Shown here: piece after piece, positions 40,012-52,100 of the stretch | Position numbering within the stretch: position 1 is the stretch's first letter | How the letters are laid out: each line of letters opens with the position of its first letter | Assembly (NCBI GenBank): GCA_028534125.1 | Contig: CM052816.1 | Location: 71,984,001-72,048,000 of the forward strand | Direction: 5' to 3' | Length of the DNA: 64,000 nt | Source of the DNA: Lama glama | Taxonomy: Eukaryota | Position numbers and translations under genes: made by a program | The notes under the pieces: model-generated | What the model saw: the letters and a program-made list of their open reading frames with translations, nothing else | Told to the model about the DNA's origin: nothing | Databases searched by the model: none

Positions 40012-40905
40012 GGTTCTAGGTTCTTTCACTGTAAATCTCTTTGCTGTAGACATTTTTTCTGCAAACATTTTCATTGCATAACTAATTGCCATAAGGCAGT
40101 TTTATACTGTAAAAGATAAAATAGCTGTTTGACAGTTTGGATTCCTTTCTTGATTGTCACAGTACTCCTGTTTTTATATTGCTTAAATCTTAGCCCTCAT
40201 AATGGCCTATGCAGTGACGAGTAGACATGGTGGTCTTAAAATAGTGGGTAACCACCACGTATATAAATTTGATAGGAAACACGCTGATAAAACTTATAGG
40301 AAGTATGAAATAAGAGAATGTAAAGCCAGATTGCACACCTTACAAGAAAATAATAACATCAGTTTGCAAATCCTTTGGTGGATTTGAAGGCTCAGAGTTG
40401 AACACACATTTCCCGTAGGACTTTGAAATGCCCATCAACAGACGTATGATAATGTGCCAAGAACAGACAACAGGGTAGAGGTCTTCACAAAGCTGAGTTC
40501 CAAATGTGCATCCTAGCGTTTCAAAATGGGTACCTCTCTTAATGAAAGAAGAACTTTAAACAAAAAAGAAAAAGTGTGGCGCTGAACAAGGAGACGCATC
40601 AGCAAGCAAAAAAAGAAAAGTGTAAAATACTATGAATGAACAAAAAGACTTGGAAGACAAGTGCTTAGGTACAGGCCACGAAATAAAATCAGCTATTTGC
40701 ATAGTATTGCCATGAATCTACACACACTTGAAATATATGCAAATATTTCGCATTTTGCCATAAAGTCTTAAACGTTGTTATTCACTTTTCATGTTCCAAT
40801 ATGTTCTTTTTAAGGTTCCATTTTAATTTTTGTTGTTGTTGTTATTTTATCCTTTACAGCAAATATATCTACAGTAAAGATGCTTATGGCGAAAATCCTG
40901 GACCC
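40012..40905 (+). mobile_element. Internally deleted Mutator-like (MULE/MuDR) DNA transposon fossil with FLYWCH and transposase C-terminal remnants
   Basis: Imperfect ~53-bp TIRs: left GGTTCTAGGTTCTTTCACTGTAAATCTCTTTGCTGTAGACATTTTTTCTGCAAA, reverse complement of right GGGTCCAGGATTTTCGCCATAAGCATCTTTACTGTAGATATATTTGCTGTAAA. Translation gives SRHGGLKIVGNHHVYKFDRKHADKTYRKYEIRECKARLHT, then FPVGL*NAHQQTYDNVPRTDNRVE, HPSVSKWVPLLMKEE and YLHSIAMNL. Confidence 0.82.
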
Positions 40906-43900
40906 AGTTCTTTTTAACGTGCTCCATGCCAAGCATGTTAAATTCAATAGTCATCTTCAGAGTGACTTAGGACTCTGTCCACTGTAGATGCTGACTGTGA
41001 AACCTTCTTCTATTCTTTTCCCTTTCAAAAATGGGTTGCATGCTGAGCTCATCCACTTGCCACCATTCTCTTAATGTTTCCTTTGTGTGCTCACCGCCTC
41101 AAACTCTCAAAGCCATACAAAGACATGTGCCCACACAACAACCAAGTGAGGTCTCTGCAGGGGCGCAAGTTATGAACAGCTCAGCTCGGGAATGCTGGGC
41201 GCACACACACACACACTCATCCAAACCAGGCTTAGTCTCAGGAAGTTTTTGCTTTGTGAAAAGAACGCTTTCCCCAGTTTCACTCTGTTCAGGAGAACAA
41301 CCATAATGCGTTTTAAAATAGGAATGTAGCCATAGATTTTTCTAAGCTAATGGCTAAGAAAATGATAAATATAAAGAATGACACTGTATTAGATATTCAT
41401 GCAACCCTAGGTGAGAAAAAAATCAATCTTATGAAACCATAACCATTTTTCAACTTTTCCTTCTCAATGCACTGCAAATAATACATTTTCAACATACGAC
41501 AAATAATACCTTGTTAGGGGAAATAAAAAGAAGAGAAGAAAGAAAGAAAAGTAGGAGTAGGAGAAGCTGCAGAGATAAAACCTTTTAAAAATGTCATCAT
41601 TTCTCTTGCTTGCATCCCCTCTCTTTGCAAGACCCAATCAGCCAATAAAAATGTGAATGCTTTTAAAACTGAAAGAAGGTTATAAGAGAAGTAAGCTCTA
41701 TGATTACTTTGAAGCTTCCAGTTTCCAATATTTCTTTTTACGATTTGAATGTTCCTATGATGGATACACTAACATTTGCAGAATCTGATAGAGCTACCAG
41801 CAGTGAAATAACACATGAGCACGCAAACAGAATGTCCCCAGAAGAGGCAAGTGTCAGGTGCATAGTGACATACACCAGGATACTGCTGGCATTTAAGGAT
41901 TAGTGTAATATGGAAAATAGTGAGGCAAGCAGGGGGAAAAAACAGGTTAGGTAAATGTGTCCTGGAGAAATGCTAGTCTGGAAAATTTACATTACTCTTT
42001 TCATTTTTCTAAACTAAAAATACATAGTGTAGTTTGACTAGAAAAATACGTGTGCAGATTTTTAATAAGAGGCACTGGTCTGCCATGTAAATGACCCATC
42101 AGGGAACAGAGAAGAAAGGTGCAGCTCTAGAGTTAAAATGACCTCAGCGGAGGCTGACACAGCACGGAGGTGAGAATTTGCTCTGTTCTCTCATTGGTGC
42201 CTGCTGAGTGCTCCCGGAGGACTCGCCCCCTCCCGGTTAGTGCCTGGAGCAATGGCACCTCAGTGGTCTTGGGGTTGGGGGGGGGCTGTGGAAGCAACTG
42301 AGAAAATGTGAGTATAAACACATTAAATAGGACCAGAGGGGAGCAAAGCGCTTGTGCTGTAATTCCAAGCTGAGTTGTCCTGGCTGTGTGGCCTTGGGTA
42401 AGTCTGTGAGCCTCTCATTTTATCTGTGATGATAATAATACAGCCCAGAGCACCAAGATCAGGCACAGGACTGAGGAGATGCAATCTCCTGACTCCCCTT
42501 CCTTCTCTAAGGGCTACGTGGTACTCTCTGATCACCAGTTCAGTGACATGTCAGTTTGCACCCCAATATTCACAAGTTATATAGAATTTTATTACCAACC
42601 CTAACCAACACTTAGAACAAATAAAAAGATCTGCTGGAAAAATATAAAACTAATATACAGTCCCCACGTTTAGGATTCTCTCTAGCACATTTTCACAGGC
42701 TACTAGAAAAGTTTGAGTAGTTTAGTCGTTTTTGAGAGAAAATTGATCAATATTCTCTACCCAGAGCCATGGAGGGCATGACTAGGACCTATTATCAGGC
42801 TAATTTCTCTTTACTTTCTGTTCTGTTTTCTTTTATTCACTGTTTTTCCCTCTTCTGGCTCCAGAGGACTTTTTGTGTGTGTGCTGGGTGGGGGAAGAAT
42901 CGAACAATTTTATCGAGGAGCTTCCGGGGAGAGTCGAAGGGCTGGGAGGACAATTAGATTAGTCCGGCCAGGATCTCTCTAGCTTCACACTTGCTGAAAA
43001 AGCCAGAGGGCTTTTCTCTTGTCTTTGCCAGAGTTTTTAACAGCACCCAGCCCCTGAGGGGGTGTGGGTGTGTGTGTGCGCGCGCGCGTTTGTTTGGGCC
43101 AGCACCTGTGTTCTCTTTCATTTTTCACGTATTGCTTATACAGTTTCTTTTCTTTTCTTTTTTTATCATCTTGTAACTATGTGAGTTTCTGTTCTCAGCT
43201 TGCAAATAACTCTCAGGCTCCTGCTCCTACTGTGAAGCATGAAGCTCACTTGCCCTGGAGTCACACACACAGTCATAGATCTGCCTCAATCTGCACCCAA
43301 ACCCCTCCTTGGGAGAATGGAATGCTTCTGGGGTTTTCTTCCCAAGTAATTCTTGGCATGGTCGAAGGCTCTAGCTGTCCCTAAAGAAATTCTGGGTCTG
43401 GGCTTCCTGGCAAAGGGCCTCCGTGAAAAGCATGCCCCCAAGGAAACAAACCTGTTCTGCGGGAACTGCCTGGTCCCACTGGTTTTAAACGTCCCTCTCA
43501 CAGCTCAGAGAAGCAGCAGTGGGGCTGCTCTGGGAGAGTAGGAGACACTCTATCTCATACTCTCCTCTATCTGGGCATTGCTTATAAAAATTTATAAAAT
43601 GCTGTAACATTTGAGTTATTTTTAATCTACTTTTGGGCTGCGTAGCAATAAAAAACACAAGCAGTGATGAGGTGACGATCAATAATACAATTTTATGGCT
43701 GTATAACTAGCCGACGGGAGCTTTACTGTAAAGTCACTATGTCAGTCCAGGGACCCAGCAGCAAAATGCACCCAGCAAGCTCCTGCTTTTAGATTAATCC
43801 TCTTCCTTAATTAATCAAAATGTGATTTGGTGATATCTCATAAATATGCAACAGTACATAGGACCGAGGGGAAAAAAACACCTGAAGCTACTACTGCTAT

Positions 43901-45414
43901 AATTTGTATTTATTCCCTAAGATGGTGAGCATCCTGTTTCTCATCTTGTTTTTTTTTTTCACTTAGTTTACCCGCAAAATATCTTCCATATTTCTATGCA
44001 GTCTTTATAATTGTCATGTTTAGCAGTAATGCAACTGCTGTTCTCACCTCAGCAGCGGGATTCTTCTTTTTTTTTAACTTCATTTCTGAGTTACCCTAAT
44101 TAATATAGCATTAGGAGTTCTCTCTCGGCTGCATTAAACAGAGAAGAATTATTATTCTATTCGGTCTATGGCTTTGATTTAGACTTAGAAGCTCAGACCG
44201 AAAAACAAAACCAGACCAGAAGAAAACAACAAAGACCAGAAACTGACACATTGTGACTGACTATACTTTAATTTTAAAAGATACAAAAAAAAAGTAAACA
44301 AACATACACATGCCAATGGAACAATGGCAGAGAGCACTAAAGGACGTGTTTTTAGCAGTGTGCCCTCTACCACAGAACCCCATCCTGGTGTCTCAAGGTG
44401 GCAGCACCGTGTACTCTGGCCCCTTGGTGCCCTGGGAGATGATTACAGAGTCCCCTGGCCTCCAAAACAAGGGCAAGAAATGACCTTGACTGGGGCCAAA
44501 AGCACCTAACAAAGACTAATATTTCTGAGGGAAGCATTTGTGAAGGAGCCATGATACACTTGTTTGTCTTTCCAGCCTTACCTAACTTTGAGTCAAGATG
44601 CTTGAGGTGTTAACCTCATTAGTGTTTCAGCTGAGCTAATTTCTCTTGCTGACCTTGCAATGCTGTGTTAAATGATAGAAGGCCTGGTCAGATGGTTCCA
44701 CCAACATCCTCTGACAGTCCAGTCCAGGAATCCTTCACCACCCACACAGGCTTTTCAGCCTGGCCATTTTCCCAGGCATGACAATGCAGACAGAGTTCCC
44801 CTCCCATCACCCTCCACACAAACACGGTGAGTGCAGACACACCGTGAGGAAGGACTGGCACTGCTCATCCATGGAGAAAATAAATGATACAGTCTGTTGT
44901 TTTTGTAGCAAGATTCTGTACTGAAATTGAGAATATTTGGAAATATTTCCAAGTCTTCAACACAGTCAAAAATTCTTCCCCTAAAAACATAGTTTGAAGA
45001 ATTTCTCCTCTAAGTTTATAGAAAAATATTAATTTGAGGTGGATAAAAGCATGAAAAGTAAAAGAACATGATGTCATTTAAAAAAACTCTAAAAGAAATT
45101 GTGTACAAATATTTATCTGATATTTGGATGGAGAAAGACTGTTTATGTTTTATGTAAGGGAAAACCATCAATGGATTTAAGTCCATAAAGATTCAAACAT
45201 CTACATTTCAACATTACAGGTAAAATTAAAAGTCCATCAAAAAGCTGGTAAAATACTTGCAACCAAATGACATTGCTAATAACCTCAAACTATAAATAGG
45301 TAATGAAATAAAAGTAGCAATGTTAATTGAATAGTTGAATATGTAAAGATCATAAATAGAAAATTAATGCAATAGTAAAACCAAAAAGCTCACCAAAAAT
45401 GAGAAATAAATCTA

Positions 45415-46160
45415 CTTCTATTTTCCAGAAGATGGAGTAGATACATTTTCCCTATTCCTCAACTAAGTACAACTGAAAACCCTAAACATTCTATGTGAAA
45501 AAGGTGTAAGAAGTCTAGGAAAGGCGGGCAGGAGAAGGCAAACTCGCTAGAGAAGTGAGGATCCAAGGGACAAAATAATTATGAGTTATCTGGGGGGTTT
45601 TGATTTGTTTTGTTTTGTTTTTTCCCCTGATATATTTCAGACTTGGAGCTGAAGAAGCCAGCAACCCAGAAATGTCAACAGACACAGAAAAATGAAGCCC
45701 TAACAAGAGCCAAAGGACCAGGAAAGGGACAGCCTAGCAAAAAAAGGGTTTTTAGACAATAATGATTCTAGTTTATCTAAGCATCACAGAAAACACACAC
45801 ACACACATAACCAAAAAACCAAAAAATGACTGACTCCACCCCGCCCACACCAGCAGAGGCCTAGTGGAGACTCTAGACTTCCGTTGCCATCCGGCAGTCA
45901 CGACGTGTCCCTTCCACTCCCCGCTGGGGCGGTGTCGGAGGATCCCTAGTAGTCGGGGCTTCCATCACTGGCCCCGGGAACGAGGACAACGTCCCTCTGT
46001 GGACTTGGTTGTAAGGAGCAGTTACAAGGCACTCTTACCTCTGCCAGCCAGCGGGGCACTGGTGGAGGTCAGAATTCCCACTCCTTCCGACAGCAAGCAG
46101 AGGTCCACTTGCGCAGGGGTCTGCAGAGGCTGAGCGGGGAACCTGGCAGTAATGAGATGG
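45415..46160 (+). mobile_element. Ancient L1M 5'-end (5'UTR) fragment
   Basis: 'acttctattttccagaagatggagtagatacattttccctattcctcaactaagtacaactgaaaaccctaaacatt' resembles L1MC/MD 5' ends, followed by the GC-richer repeat region. Confidence 0.55.
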
Positions 46161-46817
46161 CAGTCCGTTTTCATCACATCCCCAGGGACCAAGGACCTAA
46201 GGAGATTTAAACCATAGAAGTAGCCTCAATGATAAATCACTTACATTAACCCCTTATGCTGCCTTAACTTGTTCAAAAAATTTTTTCCTTATTGGGAGTT
46301 AAGATGGGACTTGGTGAGTAAGCTAGAATAAAAAGGCAACCATTTAAGAAGGTGAAAATGTGATGATTTAAATTCCTTGTTAGGTATCCTGGTGGGGTTG
46401 ATACAGGATGGCCTGGGCAGCTGAAGTGGAGCCAGTGAGGGAAGCCCAGTGACAGAGCGGCAGGGAGGCCCAAGAACTTGCTAATGCAGACGTGCAAGTC
46501 CTTGGTGTCGCAGTGCCGCACCTGCCACGATGGAAGTGTGGAGAATGAGGGGACAGCTGAGCTCCATGTGTGAGCAGAAGCATGTATGACACGGAGCCCA
46601 GCGCATGTCAGGATGCAGGAGGTGAAGGTGGCCTGCTCGCGTGAGCAGTCCACAGAAATCTGAGTGAGGCTTTGGACAGAGGTGTTGACCTAGGCATCTA
46701 AGCCAATCATATCTAAAGTTCAAGGAGTCAGGAGGCAGTGAAATGTTTGTAAAAGTCCTTTCAAAGCAGGTGGGACCCCAGAATCTCTGTGTTTCATATA
46801 TTCATCATGATTTGCTC

Positions 46818-46956
46818 TTTTTGTCTGTTTTGCGGGGGATAATTAGGTTTGTTTATTTATGTATTTTAATTTCATTTTTTTAACAGAGGTACTAAGGAAT
46901 TGAACCAGTACACGCTAAGCACACACTCTCCTGCTGAGCTATGCCCTTCCCCCCAC
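46818..46956 (-). mobile_element. Camelid Vic-1-like SINE (second copy)
   Basis: Reverse complement reads GGGGAAGGGCATAGCTCAGCAGGAGAGTGTGTGCTTAGCGTG...GGTTCAATTCCTTAGTACCTCTG...AAACCTAATTATCCCCC. TSD catgatttgct at 46806-46816 and 46957-46967. Confidence 0.8.
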
Positions 46957-48984
46957 CATGATTTGCTTTTACTGCTCCCTTTGCACGAGTTAAATGGCTC
47001 AGATGTTGCTTCAGCAACTGAGGTACAAGTATTAGGATATTTTGCAAAGGTTCCAGATTAACCTGGTTGTAAAACCACAGCTTCCTGATTCCCTGCGGTT
47101 TCTTTACCGATTTCTACATAATTCTGTTCTGTACGTGACAGTTGTCGTGGAGTTTTAGGCAGTTGGCACATTGCAGCCATCTGGCAGGCGGTGAAGAGCA
47201 CACCTCTGACATTATAAGATGACGCCTCAGTGGTTAAAAACAAAACAGAAGGCGCCTGATGTTTATTGTCACGGAGCAGCTCCGACCCCGAGGGGCTCAG
47301 CTAATCAGTATCCACAACGGCACCTCAGACTGAAGCATCCTCTGTCCCTGAAAATCGTTTCTAACTCCATGAAACATTTCAGCAGCAGTTGCTTCTTGTA
47401 ACAGAAACAGACAGACAAAAGAAGGTAGAAATTAAGTAATCATAGACTGCTGGCCTGGCTTCAGCTTTGGAATGGTCGCCATGGGGAGCACATTTGTGTG
47501 GGTGTTTATGTAATTGCCTTGCTTGCACTTTTTCATTGATGCTGCAGGATAAATCTGGACTCCTGTTTGGACATGAGGCCCTTGTAGTCTAGAGCTGATC
47601 ATCTTTTAATTCAATTTCCACAGTTCTCAGACAGTAATCTTATGTCCAACCCATGAAACAATATTAAGTTGATCTCTGAACACTCTTGCTTTTCTCTTTC
47701 TCATCTCCTTGTGTTTCCTGATTCTTAGAAAGCATGTTCCCTACTGTCAACCTGAGCATTTCTCCTCCAAAATTCAATTTCCCTAAACTCTCCAACACAC
47801 CAAGAACTTCTCTTTCTTTTGTATTACTATAGTGCAGATCCATTTTATCACCCCTAATGTATATATTATAATCGTCCATATATTTGTTTGTCCTCCCTCA
47901 TTAATTCATTGGTTCATTTAACATATATGAGCAATAAATATGTGTGAGGCTTGTTCAACACTTGGGGGAATACTGCATTTTTATTAGTCGAGGTCTGAAA
48001 TAGAAAGCAGCTTGAGTGTTCACAACAGAGGGGATTCAGTGCAGGGTATTGGCTACTCAGGTGATTGAGGAGATGTGAATCCGAACAGTCCAGCAGTCAG
48101 TCCTGCCAGCTAGCCTGTCCTGCAGGAGCTAGCTGGAGCCATGCAGGAGAAATGGCTTCTGCTGGAGAGGCCACTGGAGGAGCAAAGGGAGGGAGAAATA
48201 GCCTGACTTCTCCCTTCTCCCTTCTCCTGTTCTCCAGTCTCCTCTTAGTGCTTATCCAAGTCCAGCTGGAAGGCAGCCCCTGCAGGAGCAGGAGAAATGT
48301 CCGAGGCGCAGCTCCCCTGCAGCGTGGAGGAGTGGAAGAGTGCAGAGCAGATCTCAAGGCCAGAATGCTCAGGCCTGGCACAGAAGTGAACAAAAACAAA
48401 ACCTTCCCCAGCCTCAGGAATAGATGAGTATTTCATTGCGTTTCAAGCCCATTCCAAGGCTTTGGACCTCATAAATCTGGCACCATTCCAAGGCTTTATA
48501 GTCCTGAGGATTATCAAGGTCATTTATTCCAGGAGATGTGAATTGTTGCGACAATTTCTGAATTTTGTTCTGATGTATTTTCAGAATATAGCCTGTCCCA
48601 ACAGCTCTCCTTGGAGATGCCGCACTCAGCATTCTGTGAGAGGAGTGTTATTTAGCGTCCGCAGCCCGGGCAGGTGATAGGGTGCTGGACCTGACCTCAC
48701 GTGCTTCTGGAGCAGAGATTTCCCAGATTCTGCTGAACTTGTTGGCAACACTCTCGATCTAAGTCTTGTGCGTAGCATTTGTGTGAGCAGCTGTTCTTCT
48801 CGTTTTCTATAAAGATCCTCTCACCGATGAAGGTCTTTTTCTGGGCCATTATAAATGCCAGAGTTAGTTCAAAGAGCATAGGTTTCATAAACACCGTGTA
48901 CAAAGCGATTTAGTTCAGCAAACATTTTGGCATGTTGATCCTGTACTTGGAACTGGGCTGATCAGGGGGTGAAGGAGACAAAAT

Positions 48985-49185
48985 CACAGGGTGGTTAAGA
49001 GCCTGAGCTTGAGCTGGGTGACCTTGGTTCCACCCTTCACTGAAAGACAACCTTGGACAAATCCCTATGCCTTTCTGCTTTAGTGTTCTCCTATATGTAA
49101 AATGGGGATAATAATGCTGTCAGCCTCAAAGGTTATTGTAAGTATGAAGTGAAGTAAGAAGAGTGCCTTGCATGTTGTGTCAATA
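48985..49185 (+). mobile_element. MIR SINE
   Basis: 'gggtggttaagagcctgagc...ccttggacaaatccctatgcctttctgctttagtgttctcctatatgtaaaatggggataataatg'. Confidence 0.7.
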
Positions 49186-52100
49186 ACATCACCAAAGGCA
49201 TCAACATCACTCTTATTAAAACTTTCCTACAGGGCCACGGACTGAGGCATCTTCCCCTTTGTATGCACTTAGTGCCTAGCAGAGAACCTACAGCACAGTA
49301 GCTACTTAGCTTTTTAAAGAGAGTAAAATGCAGTGAAATGCTTCAAGTTGCTTACTATATCCCATTAGAACAAGCCCTAATTTCAGCCCTGACTCATGGG
49401 CAAAACCTGTTCTATATACAGCATCTCAGCCTCCAGGGCATCTCCTGCCTCTCTCACTCTCTGGTACCCTCGGTTTGCCTTTCAGGATAACTGGAGTCAG
49501 AGGGGAGAATGGAGAAGATAAAGGAGAAAACAGAGACGAGAAAGGGAAATTCAAAGTGAATGGATAGTAGCAAAAGCAAGACGCAAATCAAGGCCACAAA
49601 AGGGAATAAAATTAACAGAAACCTATGCTCTTCTCAAGCTTGCACACCCCGTGTTTCCTCTCTCATGGGGGCCCTCGGGTAGGCCCCCTTGCTTAGTAGA
49701 GGGCCTGCCCCTTCCTTCCTCCAGGCACTCAAATCTAACCATCCTTGCTGGTCCAAGGATGTGTTCCTCTGGGGCCCGTAGGAGTATTTTCAACACAGAA
49801 CAAATTCCCTGAGAAGCTTGAGTAGCATTCTTACAGACCCAAATGTGAACTTGCCCTTTTCATTTATTAATTCATCCTGTAGTGGGCAACTGGCTCATTC
49901 ACTGGGGTATATCGAGTGTCTTCTCTGTAGCATGCTCTGGACTAAGCACACGAGACAGAGGAGTAACTTCAGGGCCTTAGCCTCAGAAGACACAAAGAGA
50001 CCTCAATGTAAATGATAATGATGCTAGTGAGATAACTTTAAACAAAAGTATACATGGGTGCCTGCCTTCCTCAAACCCCAACTTTCTCCTTCTCTTCTCT
50101 GAATGTTCAATTAACTGGTCAAGTCAATTTGTCTATTCAATAATTTTTATTGTGTACTTGCTATATGCTGAACTTTGCAGAAATTCGAAGTATAAATAAT
50201 ATTTTCTTTCTCCCTGAGCCCTTACAAAATATTAGGGAGATTAAAAAAAAAAAAAAACCTTGGGAAGTACCTCTTAACAATTCACAGTACAGTCTGCAAA
50301 GAGATCATGGAGGAGGTGGAGCTCAGCTTGAGCCTACAGATAAGGGATTGGTGATCGGTACCTGGAAGTCAAAGGAAGAGAAACTTGTAAGCAAAAGGAG
50401 AAATTTGGGGCCCTCGGGAGAGTGGACCGACTCCTGGTGAGTTGAAGGGACATGAGGGGAAAAAAGTAATGGCTGAATTTGGGGTGTTGGCAGGAGGAGA
50501 TAGTGGGAGATAAGGTTGGATTGATGGGAGGTCCAATTATGCAGGGCTTAGAAATCCCACAAAAAAAAAAAGTCTAATTAATTAGAGTATCCAGTGCATA
50601 CTCTACCCAGGGCCCCATTCTGCACTTTCTGGGAAAAACAAAGGGCTAAGGAATGAATTACAGGCTTTCTTTGGCAGACTGAACACACTAGCTAGTTCCG
50701 TTGTGACGAGAAGTTGGTACCTTGTAGCCTGGACTGCGTATTTGACTCCTTGCCTCGGCCGTCTTCATCACATGCCAATCGCTGTGGCTGCCGTTAAACC
50801 GTTTCACTTTGATCTCCCTGTGACTGTGAGGTCTATTGGTCGTTGCATAGAAAATCATGGTTACCTGGATTCCTCAACTGTGCTCACGTTGCTGCTTTTT
50901 GTCTGCACATCCTAAGATGATGACAGCTTGTCAACAATGTCACAACCCAGCATGGGCCAAACTTTCACCTTCTCTCCTTCCAGATTGACGTCTTTGAAAA
51001 TAGGTCAACACAGACGACTTGGAGGATGGTTGTGGAGGTGGGGAGTGGGTAAAGTGAAGTTTCTGTCATGCTGAATAAAATGCTTATTTACATGGATAAA
51101 TAATAGGAAAAACAGACGAATAGACGTGTATTTTTGACTTGAATAGCTAGACGACTTGACAGAAGTAATAGCAGCCGAGGGTAGAGGAAAACCAAGTAAG
51201 TTACTAAGCATTTAAAACAAAGTTGAATTTTCTTTATAAAAAGTAGCATGAGAAATAAGCGTGGGACAGAGTCAGGGTGAATGTGAGCCCTTCAGCTGGA
51301 GGGCTGAATAGTGCATTTCTCTCCGTGGTTCAGAGGGCTCCCGTGCCTTCCCACCTTCCCTGTTGTTTTTGAGCTGGACTCCTTTACTCTGTTGGCTCCA
51401 TAAGGAATGAGAGGCCACCCGCCCACCTTCTCACCCCACGTCACTTAAAAACAAAACAAAACAATACAAAATACATGGCTAATCTTTCCAGGTTTTCTGA
51501 GGGCTTTTCCAGTTGTGTAAAGGGACTTTAGCTTATTAAAAATCCTTTCCTCACCTCCCCCCCCTTTTTTTTTCTGGCCACAGATAAAGAAGTAGTCCTG
51601 TGGATACTGGAAGGAATGAAGTAGCTTCCTCTAATATGTCAAAGGAAATTTCTGTCCCTGTAAGTCTGCTGGGAATTTCATACTGAGGTGGAAACAGGAA
51701 GTTTATGGCTACTAAGGATGCAGAGGGGGACCAGTAGAGATGAGGCTACACAGCCCTAAGGGAAAGAGAGGCTTCAGGGTTTATGCTCCACTCTTCAGTT
51801 CCTTTCTGAAGTCAACAACCACACCAATCCTGACCAGGCCTGGCCAGGCTGTGACATGAGCCAGGAGATGTCTTTGGTGCACTCAGGACCTCCCCTGCTG
51901 GGGCCTTTCCCCCTCCCCTTCTTTCCCCAGCCACCCCACTGGCTGCCGGCCCTCCTTGCTCTATGGTCCCTCATCAGCCCCCTCCTGCCATCTCCACTGT
52001 GCTGCTGAAATCCTCACTCTACTATTGGACCTGAGAAACAGGTTGTAAGAAAAATGTATCAAGGTAGCTGTATTTTCAAAACCAATTCGGGAACACAGCA

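Noticed and set aside
40202..40387. Functional domesticated FLYWCH gene
   Set aside because: The key Trp and Cys are substituted, the His-containing end of the finger is missing, there are in-frame stops and frameshifts, and the TIRs are still present. It is a decayed transposon.
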